64,000 nt of DNA from Ptychomitrium polyphyllum. Taxonomy: Eukaryota. The first letter of the stretch is position 1; each line of letters starts with the position of its first letter. Of the stretch, positions 1 to 12,919 are shown one piece after another. The notes beneath the pieces are model-generated. The model saw only the letters and a program-made list of their open reading frames with translations, was not told the DNA's origin and made no database searches. The position numbers were made by a program, and so were the translations under genes. The DNA lies in assembly GCA_973851085.1 (NCBI GenBank), contig OZ316775.1, forward strand, positions 20,832,001 through 20,896,000, in the 5' to 3' direction.

Positions 1-403
1 GCAGCCGATGCCAGCCATTTCGTAGATCCTTCGTGAAGCCTACGGCAAAGGTCACATGTGATGCGATCCCCTATTGCTAACCCGCGGTATAGATACTTCA
101 TCAGAATGTTATACAGCTCCAGGTTCAATCCCAACAGCAGCCCGTCCACGTCTTTGGTGGCCATCAAGACGCGGTGCACCAGAATCCAGTTCGCAGACTT
201 GCACCACTCCTCGCGTGTCTACGTGGGCTCGTCCATCAGGGGGGTCTCAAGGCTTCTGTATACTCCGGTATGCTCACGTGACGCTCCACCTACCGCGACT
301 TGCCCTCGATCCTAGCGATGATCACCTCCGGCGACTTCGTCTCTACGAACGTGTCAGTGTCCAACACAGATGACAAATCGTCTTCGTCGTCCGCCATCGC
401 CAT
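1..403 (-). pseudogene. ARPC5: ARPC5 (Arp2/3 complex subunit 5) pseudogene, runs off the left edge
   Basis: Manual minus-strand translation from ATG at 403: MAMADDEDDLSSVLDTDTFVETKSPEVIIARIEGKSR*VERH...EALR/PLMDEPT*TREEWCKSANWILVHRVLMATKDVDGLLLGLNLELYNILMKYLYRGLAIGDRITCDLCRRLHE/IYEMAGIGC. Matches plant ARPC5 motifs (IIARIE.KSR, CKSANW.VVHRALMA, ILMKYLYRGL..GDR.TCD). In-frame TAG at 290-292 and 219-221, frameshifts near 240 and 30; no intron in the visible CDS. Confidence 0.88.
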
Positions 404-3400
404 CCCTCACAGGAGAAAACCCTAGCAATGTCACGGCCAATTCCGATCGCCCTGCTCCTACACTAGACAGATTCCGGTCATGTAAAAAGCTTCACCGACA
501 GCTGAAGAGAGCTGCGAGACGGCGCGTTTGTTGAAAACCCACCGGCAGTTGGATGCTGCCCATCAATCTGCAAATCTCACCTTCCTAGATCACTCACGAG
601 GGACTCCCTGCTGCATGATGAAGCGAGGCCGCCTTCCATCGCGTTGAGGACTTGATGGATAGATCATACAATGAGTATCTATCGCTCATGAACACCAAGA
701 TGCCATAGTCTGCAAGCTCTCTCATCGGACTCCTTGTGCTTGCGATTGTGATCTACAGTTCTGAGCTCCCGTGTTCTTCATCAACACTGCAGGATCGATC
801 ACCGATAGTATCTCACTCTAGCAGGGGTTGCGTCGATCTCGTATCCTTCGATATGCTCCGATGAGTTGATTTCTGTCACATCTTATTGCTTGGAACCGGA
901 GTTGTTCTCAAGTGTCTCCGTCTTAGGACTGCACAGCTTCGGTCAGTCTTTTTTTCTAGTTCTATGCTGCAGCTTCCGACGTCGTGTGTGCTCACGGCAA
1001 TGCAGCTGAAGGATCTCTTCGTTGGGACGAACTGAGAGCGAGCACTGTAGAGTTTTTGGGCCAGTGCGTAGTATTGCTTAGGCGCCTGTGGTAATGACCA
1101 TGAATACGTTGGTTTGCCATTCTTGTGCGCACATGATTCTACGAGGGAAAGTTCATATCTCTTTCTTTACGTGCAGATAGCATCTAAAGAAAAGCAGTCA
1201 TCGCAATATGTGAATTCAATGAACTTTATGATAAGGGTAGAAAGAAGGTGTGTTGGTGGGGGTCAACAACATGGGTGACGTCTCATGCATTGTAAATTGT
1301 TTTGCGTTAGCATGAGTAGGGCATCTTTATAAATTGCTTTGTATTAATGAAGTATTTTTATGTTTATGTTTGGCAAGTATCAGCCCTATGGAGGATTAAT
1401 TCATGAATTGAAAAGCATCTCACATATCCTTAAAAAAGGCAACCACTAGGAAAGCATACATTTGTGAAGTTGTGGTACAAAATCAATTATGGATAGATAT
1501 TTTGAAGAATATTTAGAATTAGAGAATTATGATGATTAACTTATAAGATAGCATGATAGTTATAACTTTACTTTGTACAAAGGTACTTTATTTTTTATTT
1601 CAATGTAATATTTTATCACTCATTGTTAAAATTAGTAAGAAACAATATTCAACGCGTGAAGTGTAAAAGTTACAACTTCAATAAATATCAACAACTATTT
1701 TAGCCATGACAACATACATTCAAAAAAAGATTGCACAAGTAATGAAACTTTTCCAACTATTGTCTCCACTAAGCTAAAAAGCCTTACATGATTAATAAAT
1801 TGCCTACACATTGTGTTCACATTGAACTAAGCGGTTGCAAGTAATTTCTTTATTGTTTATAATTTAAAGTTCTTTAACAAGAACTAACTTTCTTGTAATA
1901 TTATTGGCTATGATTCTATATTTTAATGTCATGATGATATTTACCAATGTCTATATTATTAAAACAAAGAAATTCTATTCTTCTAAAGCTTTGGATTAAT
2001 CAAAGCATTTTTTTTCAACCTTCAAATGGAGCAATTTTTTTCCTTTAAATGGTTAAAGTATGTTATACGTTTTTTTAGCACTTTTAATAAGTCAAATTTG
2101 AAACTTTATAATTGAAAGTAGTATATAGTTGAAATTGATAAGATGTTTGTAAAATTGTATAAAAATCAAGATATATTTCAAATTACAAAAGATAATAATT
2201 TGAAGGTTCAAAATTAATAATAGATAATTGGTAGTGTGAACCAACTATTTTAAAATAAGATTTTAAATTATATATAATATGGATCAAAATAATAAATCAC
2301 TAGAAAATGAAAACAAACAAATGATTTTGTTAATTAGCCAAAGTTCAAAAAGTAGAATCAATTACATATTAAATATATAAACTATCAACAAAACATACAT
2401 TGATATAATTTGCAACAAAATATTTCTATCTAAGCATCAACAATGAATATTCTATTCAAGCATTTACAAATTATTTTGTAACTAAACAAAGCATAAAAAA
2501 TATTTGACTACAGATGGCTATAAATAGATAATATTCAAAAATCGCATTTCAAAGTTAAAATATGCTTAAAGAACAACAATACTACTTAATTGGATATAAT
2601 CATTTAAGATTAGTTTCACTTTATTATATTGACGAGCATATTTTATTTTATTTCAAAATTTAAAAATATAATCTGATGAATAATCATGGTGAGCACAACA
2701 AAATCTGATAATCCTCATTTCCTTGTAACAATCCAAATTCTGCCTAGCATACATTGATGTACACTCAACATACTCGGTTTTTCTTGTTTCATTAATTACA
2801 TCTAATTACACTGTGCAACACAACTTAAATTACATGAAATCACTAACACGATGTGGAAATTACGTATCTCATTTACATGAATCAATTGCATGGTAATATG
2901 CAACACAAGTTTGATATTTCTGTTGATACGTTGACAGTAAAATGCAAGAGTCAAGTTCAAGGGATGGTTGAAGAGATTTGCGGGTAGTGATGCTCTTAAC
3001 CTTTGTGCAAGCATAGGTACTCAAGTTCCTATATTGAAAGTATCACAAAGTTTCCAGGAAAAAAATTTCAACATAACAGCCTCATCACGTTCATGTTTAT
3101 AAGGAAGGCAGAGAGAATCTACATATTTAATTCTGGTGTAATAGCAGAATTATTACCACTACCTTGGGAACAGTAAAACCCGTTTCTTGAATCTTAACAC
3201 TCAGAAAGTCTTGGAGTTTCAAGATCATGAATTACAAAAATACATGACTCATGAAAAACCATATAGAAAAAATATTATTCAATTTGTTAATTCCTCGTAA
3301 ATGAAGCTAACAAGGTAAAGGAAAAAAATTCCAAAGAGCGGAGACGTTTAGACGTACTGTTCAGTTTACACAGTTCGAAATTACTATGTCCCCTAATGAA

Positions 3401-3686
3401 CCCACTGTTCCCTCATGCGCCGTGTGCAAAACAAGCGTGAGAACCCCTATTTTAGATATTTCGTAACCACCTCCAGCATGATAATCCTCACGTACCAGGT
3501 GGGCCTCCTTCGTCATGCCTAACGAAATCAATCAAAGGAATCTTATTCATAAGGTACAACTTGCCTTTCACCGGCACTGAGATTTCATCCTGATGAAACT
3601 TCCGGGGGTCTTGAGACTAATGGCGTTGATAAAGCATCCCCAATAAACTGCTAACCAAAGTACATAAGCTCCTCCTTGCAGATAGC

Positions 3687-6457
3687 TCAAAGGTGGTCGA
3701 TGAGTGCTTTGGTGTAATCGCTGGTGGTAGACTTGCCACCCAGATCAGATGTAAGATACTTCCCCTCGGATATTGTTGTTAGGACAGCATTGTGGATTCG
3801 GTCTGCATGGTCGCTCAACTTCAGATGATGTAGCATCATCACAGAGCTCAGCAACAGTGCCGTTGGATTTGCCATATTCTGTTAAAGCGGTATTAAGGTT
3901 CACATGTCAAGCCAGCAATTAAGAGAGCTCAAGAAAAGAATAATAGAAAGTGCAGAACAGAGCAGACGTTAAGAAGAATATACGCAAAGCTATCAGCAAA
4001 AGCCTATAGTTGAAGACGAACTACTCAAGTTACATAATCTCCGGCCACAATATAAACGATATAAAGGGCTAGAAAGGGAAGAAAACAACCTTGCCAGCAA
4101 TATCTGGAGCTGTTCCGTGCACAGCTTCCATCAGAGCCAATCCATTATCTCCAATGTTACCACTATCACCCACACCACCCCAGAGAACATCACTCTCAGG
4201 TTCGTTGTTCATAACTATTTCAAACATCGGGCATCCATTAAATTTGTGAGCAAACAAGAAGAACACTACTCCAAATACAAGGGCTAGCAAGATAAAGGTG
4301 CCCAAGCCACTCAATGCTCAAAATGTCCGACATGGACCAAACTCAATGCCTTCATTTCAGCTTCAATCTGCGTTCATCATTGACTACTTTTTGTATGCTT
4401 ATTTACCGGTCCAGAATCATTCCCTAGCAGAGTTTGAGCACGTCAAGAATGTGATCAAACGCATTAGTTTCGAGGAGCCAATCCTACCTGGGAGTCAGCC
4501 CTAGGCCGCCAATAAGACCAGCACACAAATCGCTGACGATGTCACCATAAAGATTAGGCATCACCAACACATCAAACAGTGCTGGGTTCTTCACCAACTG
4601 TATAAACAAGGACAAGGTAGTAAGAACTAGGAACAGTTTGTTAGAGTAGAGGCACACATAAAAATAATTTGCAGGGAAATCAATGTACTGCAAATTTCTG
4701 ACTCACGAGAACAGTTATGACGCAGAGAGAATTAAGAATAGGACAGAAAATATTCACCATTAAACAAAAGCATCGATATACAGAAGGTAGACGAATACGT
4801 GGTACAAAATGAGGCAAAATTAAAAGAATTTAATCTGCGGCAAGCCTAAAACGAAGTCTGCAACCTAAATACTGGAATAGTGTATAAGCTCTAGAGTTTA
4901 ATAAAACACACGTACCATCATGCAGCAGTTGTCGATGATGACCTCCTCATAGACAATGTCTGGATACTCCGCAGCTACTTCCCTACAACACTGTCACATC
5001 AACAAGTCCAACAATGCCACCTCTGAGGTCGCTCAAATAACAGCACCTTCGAACATGAAATGCATTTATTAACTTCGGCAGTCTTGGTGAAATATACTCC
5101 AATCATCAGAGTTAGCATGTGTAAACATTCCTACTGCAGTCTACCATGACGTGACAAAAATGCGGTGAACAAAACTGCAACAATTGCAACAGGTGAACAC
5201 ATTCTACAAATGTTACCTCCAAAAAGAGTCCATCGGTTTTCTTCATGATGTTTGCTTTGTGGATAGCCGACACGCGCTTTCTGCCATGTAGTTGAGCGTA
5301 AAGAAACGCATATTTAGCCACGCGCAAACTGGCCTGCCTGGTGATGATTTTGATGCTTTCCACCACCCCACTCACCACCTAAGAACGCAAACAAACCTTA
5401 CCTAGAGTAAATATATTACAATAGAATCATTGATATTCACAATGTGACCTAATACTAAACAACTAGGTCTAACAGACCTCGACACTCGAGTTATCATCGG
5501 AAACCCTAAAAACACAGTTTTTAGAAATGCAAACCCAAAATTCACCCAGAATAACTTGTTAGGTGCACTACAAAGACTCTAGATACCCCGATCGATACCA
5601 CAAGAAAAATAATTACAGTTTTCTAACCCCACTCGCACACTCGCGGTACCCCAGACTCACCTGATGTTCCAACCCACTATACTCGCCTTCCGTATTCTCA
5701 CGAATGGTTACTAGGTCAACATTGTCATATCGTGTCTTGTACCCTGGAATGCTCAGGCATGGCCTAACATTCGCATACAAACCCAGCTCCTTCCTCAGCG
5801 TCAGGTTAAGAGACTTGAAACCCTTCCCAATAGGAGTAGTCATGGGACCCTTCAAACCTATCCCGTTCCTCCGCACAGACTCCATGCTCTCCCATGTCAG
5901 AAAGCTCCCCGTCCGCGGATCAACTTTCGTACCCACGTAATGCTCGTCCCACTGAATTGGGGCTTTCACAGCTTCAAAAATCTGCACACAACAAAGTACT
6001 AAAGAACTCACCATTAGAAAGTACGCAGATTCCGGAAGAACCGACCACCGCGCTTAACCTCGACACTAATGCCGCGCAGAGTACGCACAAAAAACTCAAA
6101 TAAGAACCACAATCTACCTACAAACGAAAACGAAAAGCTCTAGAACTAATCATCCACACTCGAACACCTAAAAGAATGTCCTAGCTGCCAAGCTTCACCC
6201 GAAAAACCGCACCCGCTAACAACCCAAAGTCCCAAGAATCCCAAAACTAGAGGACGACCGTATCCTCTTACCTGCTTAACAGAAACAGCGATCTCCGGGC
6301 CAATGCCATCTCCAGGGAACAGAGTAGCAGTAATGATCTTCTCCTCATTGCTATCGCTAGAAATCGATCGGCGCGGGACAGACGACGCGGCTCCGGCGTT
6401 GCCAGCGAGACGGCGCGACAAGAGGGAGAGCCGCGAGCGCGCACCGTGCATCGCCAT
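3687..6457 (-). CDS. IDH5: NAD-dependent isocitrate dehydrogenase catalytic subunit, mitochondrial (IDH-V/VI-like), 372 aa
   Basis: Exons (-): 6272-6457, 5661-5981, 5217-5378, 4916-4990, 4488-4597, 4090-4162, 3687-3878. All GT-AG, sum 1119 nt in frame. Motifs [58 protein letters not shown]; Arg/Ser/Leu-rich N-terminal presequence. Confidence 0.95.
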
Positions 6458-6509
6458 GGCCGCTGGTGGAGATGCGCGCCTCCTAGGAACCCTGCAGCTC
6501 CGTCTTGGT

Positions 6510-6538
6510 GTTGCGGTTGCGGTTGCGGTTGCGGTTGC
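6510..6538. repeat. (GTTGCG)n hexamer microsatellite in the IDH 5' region
   Basis: About 5 tandem copies seen directly. Confidence 0.9.
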
Positions 6539-6910
6539 TCCTCTGCTGAGGTGTGCTCCGGGTGTCTGCAGCAATCGCTGGAGTGGAATTGCGATGGGGG
6601 CAAGATTCCCGTCGTCTCGGCACTTGGCGACGCGCGCGAGCGAGGATCGGCAGCTTCTTGCACCCTCCAAGGGCTGTTGTGAGCCTCCTCTCGCGCCTGG
6701 AGCCATTTCGTTCGCCATTCCTGGCACTTTCGTTCGACGCCGTTGAGGTTTCGTCGATGGAGTTTGGGTCCGTCGTCGACTGGTCGTCGCATCACCGTTG
6801 CATGCGTTCCCCAGCCCTTTTCATCCCTGCGTTCCAAGAAGCCGAATTGTGGTCCCTTCCAAGATGCGGTCTGTTGTTAGTACATCCAAAAACCGTCCCT
6901 TTTCGCTCCT

Positions 6911-6964
6911 GAGAATTACAGTTGCGAGAATTACTCTTGCGAGAATTACTGTTGCGAGAATTAC
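6911..6964. repeat. 15-bp tandem repeat GAGAATTACnnTTGC, about 3.6 copies
   Basis: gagaattacagttgc gagaattactcttgc gagaattactgttgc gagaattac. Confidence 0.9.
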
Positions 6965-8056
6965 CGTCGTCCCTCTAATATGAAAGGGTTGGGAAACAAG
7001 AAAATTGTCAAATAATCAAAATGTCATATTTTTGAGTATATGATATTTAGGATATGTGGTGTTGTGTTATTGGAGTTTTTAAATTTTGACCAAAATTAGT
7101 ATGGAAATACATAGTAGTAACTATAAAATATTAAAAATAAACTTTATACATATGTATAAGAATATTTACACTCAAGAAGATTTAAAGAGTCTAAATTTGT
7201 ATATTGCTCTCTATTGAAATTTGCAATACTAAGCTTGTTAAGCTTTCCAATTACCTTCTAAATACTGGTAACATTTTGTACACTAAGATGAATAGAATTT
7301 TCTATAGTAGAATACGACAACATAGCTCTATAGTGCTTTGCATTTCCAAGTTTAATAGTTGAAGGAGGTTGTTCATTTACATCACCTTAATCATTCAAAT
7401 CAATATTAAAATTAAGTTCTGTTTATGGATCAATATCTAAAGCCATTTGTATCTAGGTCTTGTTTTAAAATATCTTTACCTTCTATGTTGATATATCCTT
7501 CTACTAACATTCAAACATTTTCAAAATGAAGTTTTTTTTATCAAAGATGCAAGCTCAACAAATCATTCATAAATCTGTCTTTCTTCTTTTCATCAAATGT
7601 TGCAAAATTTGCATTTTTTGTCATGACAATATTCAAAACATCCTCCAATAATTGCAAATAATTTGAAAGTACATATTTTGCCTTATCTCATAGCACCACA
7701 TAAGGACTTGTTTAATGTTGTAATAACATCCGCTCCAAATTTTTTTGCTTATACCTTATCTTAAATGAAGCAATTATTCTTGTTCTAGAAATCGTACCAT
7801 GCTAATCACTTTTTATGGAAGAAAAATTGCTTAAATTTGATGTAGGAAATCCATGAGATATCTTAGACTTTAAGTCTTTAAGACGTCTTACAAGGTTATC
7901 AATTTTAATTGAATAAAATTCTATATTTCTTTCAAATGTTCATCATTTTACATAAAATTCTTCCACATTAAGCATTAATTATTTCTATTATATGACAAAT
8001 GGGAGGTTTCAATTGTTATATTACAATGACTCATTATTATATTATAAGGGAAGTTT
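6962..8056 (-). mobile_element. Degenerate pogo/Tigger-like (Tc1-mariner superfamily) DNA transposon remnant
   Basis: Minus strand ~7640-7800 reads (with frameshifts) VRFLEQ-IIASFKIRYKQK...IKQVLMWCYEIRQNMYFQIICNYWRM, resembling the C-terminal DDE_1 motif QPLDQGII.SFK.RY...W...I.NCW. The left edge TA|CCGTCGTCCCTC at 6962-6975 resembles a Tigger-type TIR start (TA|CAGTCGTCCCTC). Right boundary uncertain. Confidence 0.5.
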
Positions 8057-8192
8057 TTAACTAAATAAATTGATTGCACCAAAATATATAGTGTAATTGA
8101 TGTTGTTGTATAAACAAGTGATATATTCATAAAATTAGATTGTAATTTTACTTATTATATGATCTTTGACGTTTTAATAAACAAAATCAATG

Positions 8193-8262
8193 AAACAAAC
8201 AAACAAATAAACAAACAAACAAATAAACAAACAAACAAACAAATAAACAAACAAACAAATAA
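8193..8262. repeat. (AAAC/AAAT)n microsatellite
   Basis: Seen directly. Confidence 0.95.
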
Positions 8263-10025
8263 GAGATATTAATAAAAAAATATAATGCATTAGAATATGT
8301 ATAATATGGATTTTGTATGTTATTGAATAAAATATGAATTTGTCATATAAATTAAGTTAAAAATAAATATGTATGGTTTAATAGTTTCCTATATTGATTG
8401 GTGAAGAAAATGTAGATAACACAATATTTGTGAAATTGCCACATGCTACATGAAAATGTCATAAGTAACATTTTCACATTGTTAATATTGATATATTTGA
8501 CTAAACGTCAAAATTTGGTAAAAGTTAAAAGTTTTAATAAAAAACTTTACTCTAATATTTTGAGCAAAATTAAGTTGGCCATTAAAAAACGTCACATAGA
8601 AATGTAGCATTTTTACAAATATTATATTGCAAAGATCTTAACTTGCTATTTCATTGCATTTAAGAGAATTTTGTGGATATAAATTCAAAACATACTTCAT
8701 TACAAATAATACATAAATTAAAAATTTTAATTAATTGAAGGAATTTTTGATACATTAAAGAAGTCATTATTTAAAAAAAATTAAATTGGTATAATTTTTA
8801 GAGAATGTAGAGGTGAAGATTAGTACATAAAAAATAAAAAATAAATTTCTTAAGACATGTATTTAATCTTCAAACAAAAAATTTGTAATTATTTTTTAAG
8901 TTTTATTCTTTAATTTTAATAACCACATTAGATTTGATTTTTAATTTTTTAAATAATATTACGTTTATATTTCATTTAGAAACATTTCATAATAGATTTT
9001 ATAGGTAATACTAATAATGTAATATATTTTATTTTTTAATACAATTTATAGCATAAATTTTGATTGAAAGTACAATAATTAAAATGTATTAACATATAAG
9101 ACATTTAGAAACAAAGTGAATTTTATATAATATTAATGTTAATACATATAAAGATGTAATATCTAAATATTATTGTTTAAGTTCTTTTGTATGATTATTA
9201 AATGAGTTTTTTTTGTTTTAACTTTTTAATATGATTTTAAAATGTTGCACATTTATTATTAAATTTTTTTATAAAACTAAATCAATTTTAATTAAAATTA
9301 TTAAGTTTTTTTAAAAATATGATAAGTTTAGTTTATATATATTTCAGTTTTGTTCTATTTTTTTTTAATAAGAGTTGATACTTTTTTTAAATTATATAAA
9401 TTTCTTCAGTAATAGCTTATTTATTATTTATTATATTGTAAATAAACACATTGTACAATTCAATATGGATTAATATAACTCAAGTTCAAATTAAAACAAT
9501 GACATTTCATTTGCTAAATACTTTCTCATGTAACAACACACATAGTCATAAACATTCCATACATCCATTAAAGTTTTACTACATGGCTTGAAATACATAT
9601 CTTAATTTTTTACATTCAAATTATGTAATTAATGGTGTAATTTCAATCACAACATCCAATATGTATTGACTAGTATATAAAAGATATTTTTTTGTCATTG
9701 TTTCAATACCATACAAACAACAAAAAACACACATGAAATATACATTTATGATTCATCAATATACAAGATTTAATAAAGTAGGATAAAAGCACTTCCTTTA
9801 CTTGCCTTTATTATCTATATTGAAGCTTTTTTTACATTGGTAAATCTCCAAATTTTCTCTTAATAAAATACAAAGATAATTCTTAAATGAATACCATCAT
9901 TTCAAATGCCCACCTTGATGATGTAACCATTCACTTCCTACAAATTACTTTCAATAATGGACTTAAAATTTAAAAACATGCTATGTTTGAGTCTTGTGGC
10001 AATGATTCAATTTTTTTTGAAATTT

Positions 10026-10049
10026 AAAAAAAAAAAAAAAAAAAAAAAA
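10026..10049. repeat. poly(A) tract, 24 nt
   Basis: Seen directly. Confidence 0.9.
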
Positions 10050-10883
10050 CCAATCAAATCAGATTTTTACTCTTGCAAGTGGGGAAAAATAAATGTTGTA
10101 TGAGTCTTTAACCTTAGCCGCACCGACAAACATAAAACCCCCCTCAATGCCAAGACTACTACTAAACAAAAATGAATAAAATTTGGAAAGCCCGAACTGA
10201 CACAACTGGGTCCCCAATGACCACATGCTACCCTGACACCTGTCCAGCGAGGCATGCACAACCCTGACGAAACTAGGCCTTCGCAAAGCGCCGCGCTTAT
10301 GACAACCGCCCGATGCACGCCCCAAACTTCCCCAGAACCGTGGATGTACAAATCCCCGCCATCAAGACACAGCGATAATACGGCCCAAGGCACTACAGGC
10401 CCCACGCCAATAGGGGTGGCGTGCAGAAGCTTGCTCGTGCCGACTGCGCCCCCGACGGGTTCCGGTCGTTTGGTGGATACATACCGAAAACCGTTACTGG
10501 TCTTAGCATCTATGAGAATGCATATTGTCAGTTGTAGGTTCTATAAAGAAGACGTAGAGAATGCTCTCCAGACTCAGAAACGGATCTGTACAGGGGGTGT
10601 ATACTTTGAAGGTATATGGAACATTTCTTTGACTAAAATGTATGTTTTCGATAGAGAGTTTCGGTTTTTTTTTATGCGTAGTGTCGGTTTTAGGTTTGCA
10701 TCCCTTAACCGTGCCATCGGGTAGGACGGGGAGGCAGAGAATGAAAGCCGGGAGAGTCGAGAGAGAGAGGGAGATCGAGAGAGGCCAGTTTGAGAAAAGC
10801 GACGCGAGAGGGAGACTCCTTCGACTGGAAGGCGGAACCCTAAGCCCTAATTCATTCGCATCAGTGCGAGAGAGTCACAGGGC

Positions 10884-10922
10884 TTTCCAGAGCTTCCAGA
10901 GCCTTCTAGAGCCTTCCCGAGA
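10884..10922. promoter_or_regulatory. Putative imperfect heat-shock element array upstream of the DnaJ CDS
   Basis: cTTCcaGAGccTTCtaGAGccTTCccGAGa: alternating nTTCn/nGAGn pentamers with a 10-bp period. Telobox AACCCTAA at 10837-10844. Confidence 0.4.
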
Positions 10923-11147
10923 GCTCAAGCCATGGCCGGTGCCGTGATGCATTGTTGATCTCTTTTTTCTCTAGGTCGGAAAAACGGATGTTTTGTTCAC
11001 TAAAGGCGGGCGGGCGAGTGGTTTCTGATTTCTCTCTTGTTTTTATCATTCCAGGTACAATTTTTGATTCGTTTGGTTGAGTTTAGGGTTTGAGGGCAGC
11101 TAGGGTTTGAGATCAACGGGCGGAGGAGGAGAGGGAGAGGGAGAGGG

Positions 11148-12206
11148 ATGGGGGTGGATTATTACAGTGTGTTGAAGGTGCCGAAGACAGCGTCCGAGGA
11201 TGATTTAAAGAAAGCGTACAGGAAGTTGGCGATGAAATGGCATCCCGATAAGAATCCCAACAATAAGAAGGAAGCGGAGGCGAAGTTTAAGCAGATATCA
11301 GAAGCATATGAGGTGTTGAGCGATCCGCAGAAGAGGTTGATATACGATCAGGAGGGGGAGGAGGGGTTGAAGGGGCATGCGTCGCATCCCGGGACATCGC
11401 ATACGTACTCGACTGGCGGAGGAGGTGGTCCGAACGCGTTTCGGTTCAACCCTAGGAATGCTGAAGATATCTTTGCGGAGTTTTTTGGTGGGGCGAGTCC
11501 GTTTGGGGGAATGGGGGGAATGGGTGGGAGAGCGTCGAGAGGGCATTTTGGGGACGGGATGTTCGGTGGGTTTGGGGGTGGGGACAATGTGTTCCGAAAC
11601 TCTGATGGGAACCAGGCATTTCGATCCTTCGGCGAAGGACCGTCGCATGCGCAGCCGCGGAAGGCTGCCCCTGTGGAGAACAAACTTTTGTGCAGTTTAG
11701 AGGAGCTTTACAAGGGGTCGACCCGGAAGATGAAGATTTCGAGGAGTATTGCGGATGCCAGCGGGAAGACTATGCCTGTAGAAGAGATCCTTACAATTGA
11801 GGTCAAGCCTGGGTGGAAGAAGGGTACGAAAATTACATTTCCGGAGAAGGGCAATGAGCAACCCGGCATGGTGGCCGCGGACCTGGTGTTCGTTATCGAC
11901 GAGAGACCCCACGATACATTCAAGCGGGATGGCAATGACCTAATCGTGACGAAGAAGATATCATTGGTGGATGCTTTGACTGGGTGCAACTTCTCGCTGG
12001 GCACGTTAGACGGAAGATCGCTGAGTATTAGCATCCCAGACGTCATACATCCGGGGTATGAGAAAGTGCTGCCGAAGGAGGGGATGCCGGTGGCGAAGGA
12101 ACCAGGGAGGAGAGGCAATTTAAGGATCAAGTTTGACATCGATTTTCCGACTAGACTGAGCACCGAGCAGAGAGCAGGCGTGAAGAGGCTGCTGGGGGGT
12201 GTGTGA
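11148..12206 (+). CDS. Type II Hsp40/DnaJ co-chaperone (DNAJB/Sis1-like), single coding exon, 352 aa
   Basis: J-domain with HPD ([11 protein letters not shown]), G/F-rich linker, C-terminal peptide-binding domain ([30 protein letters not shown]); no zinc finger. Confidence 0.95.
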   Translation: MGVDYYSVLKVPKTASEDDLKKAYRKLAMKWHPDKNPNNKKEAEAKFKQISEAYEVLSDPQKRLIYDQEGEEGLKGHASHPGTSHTYSTGGGGGPNAFRFNPRNAEDIFAEFFGGASPFGGMGGMGGRASRGHFGDGMFGGFGGGDNVFRNSDGNQAFRSFGEGPSHAQPRKAAPVENKLLCSLEELYKGSTRKMKISRSIADASGKTMPVEEILTIEVKPGWKKGTKITFPEKGNEQPGMVAADLVFVIDERPHDTFKRDGNDLIVTKKISLVDALTGCNFSLGTLDGRSLSISIPDVIHPGYEKVLPKEGMPVAKEPGRRGNLRIKFDIDFPTRLSTEQRAGVKRLLGGV

Positions 12207-12919
12207 GGAGCCGGGACGACTGTAGAAGAAGGTACCTGTCAGAGTATATCTTGTTTCATTCTTTTCTTCCCTCCTAGTTGACGGGAACTATATTTCGTAT
12301 TAATCAAATGCTGTATTAGGTGACACCGACCATAGCCTCGACGGTGTATAAAGAACAACAAATTACCGGACAGTCCCCCGCACCTTTCCTGGAAAGATAC
12401 CGCCCGCCTACATGAATTGCACAATTTTTTTCAACATTGTATAATAGTCCTAATATTCCAATTCTCTGCTGCTTTGTGCAACTTCGGCTTCGTTTATTGT
12501 TGAAGTTTCGCTAGAGTAGTTTCGTGCGGATATGTACGCTGGAGTAGCAGCACACAATTGCAGATGCGCCGCGTCCTTGCTAGGGTGTCTTCGCTTCAAG
12601 TAATAATCGTAAATTTATCTCTTCTTCTAGCTATTCTTAAAAGACTATTTGCAGATCTCAGATGTTCTGCGTTTACTTGTGCGTTATTAGCACAGGCTGT
12701 CTTTACCTCCGAGATTGTTGATGAGTACAATAAGAGACGAAGAGTTGTAATGAGTTCAGATATTTTACATTCTGCAAGGCATGTGAGTATGCAACTCTGA
12801 AAACAGCAATAATGCTCATGATTCTTTCGAAGTTTGATATTCAGCTTTTCTGACATGCATTTCGTATTTTGATGACACTTATCGGCATATTTAAGTACAA
12901 GCTGTGGTTTTTTTGTAGG

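Noticed and set aside
11298..12163. Antisense and alternate-frame ORFs over DnaJ (and likewise over HK exon 1, SDN5, SS1 and IDH)
   Set aside because: Shadow ORFs of GC-rich coding sequence with no recognisable domains.
12213..12224. gggacgactgta just after the DnaJ stop is an 11/12 inverted match to the TIR-like end at 6962-6973, suggesting a transposon that captured DnaJ
   Set aside because: The match does not extend inward; a short match of this size in 64 kb is plausible by chance.
12719..12800. C/D snoRNA candidate (TGATGA...CTGA, ~80 nt)
   Set aside because: Imperfect C box, weak terminal stem and no recognisable rRNA-complementary guide.
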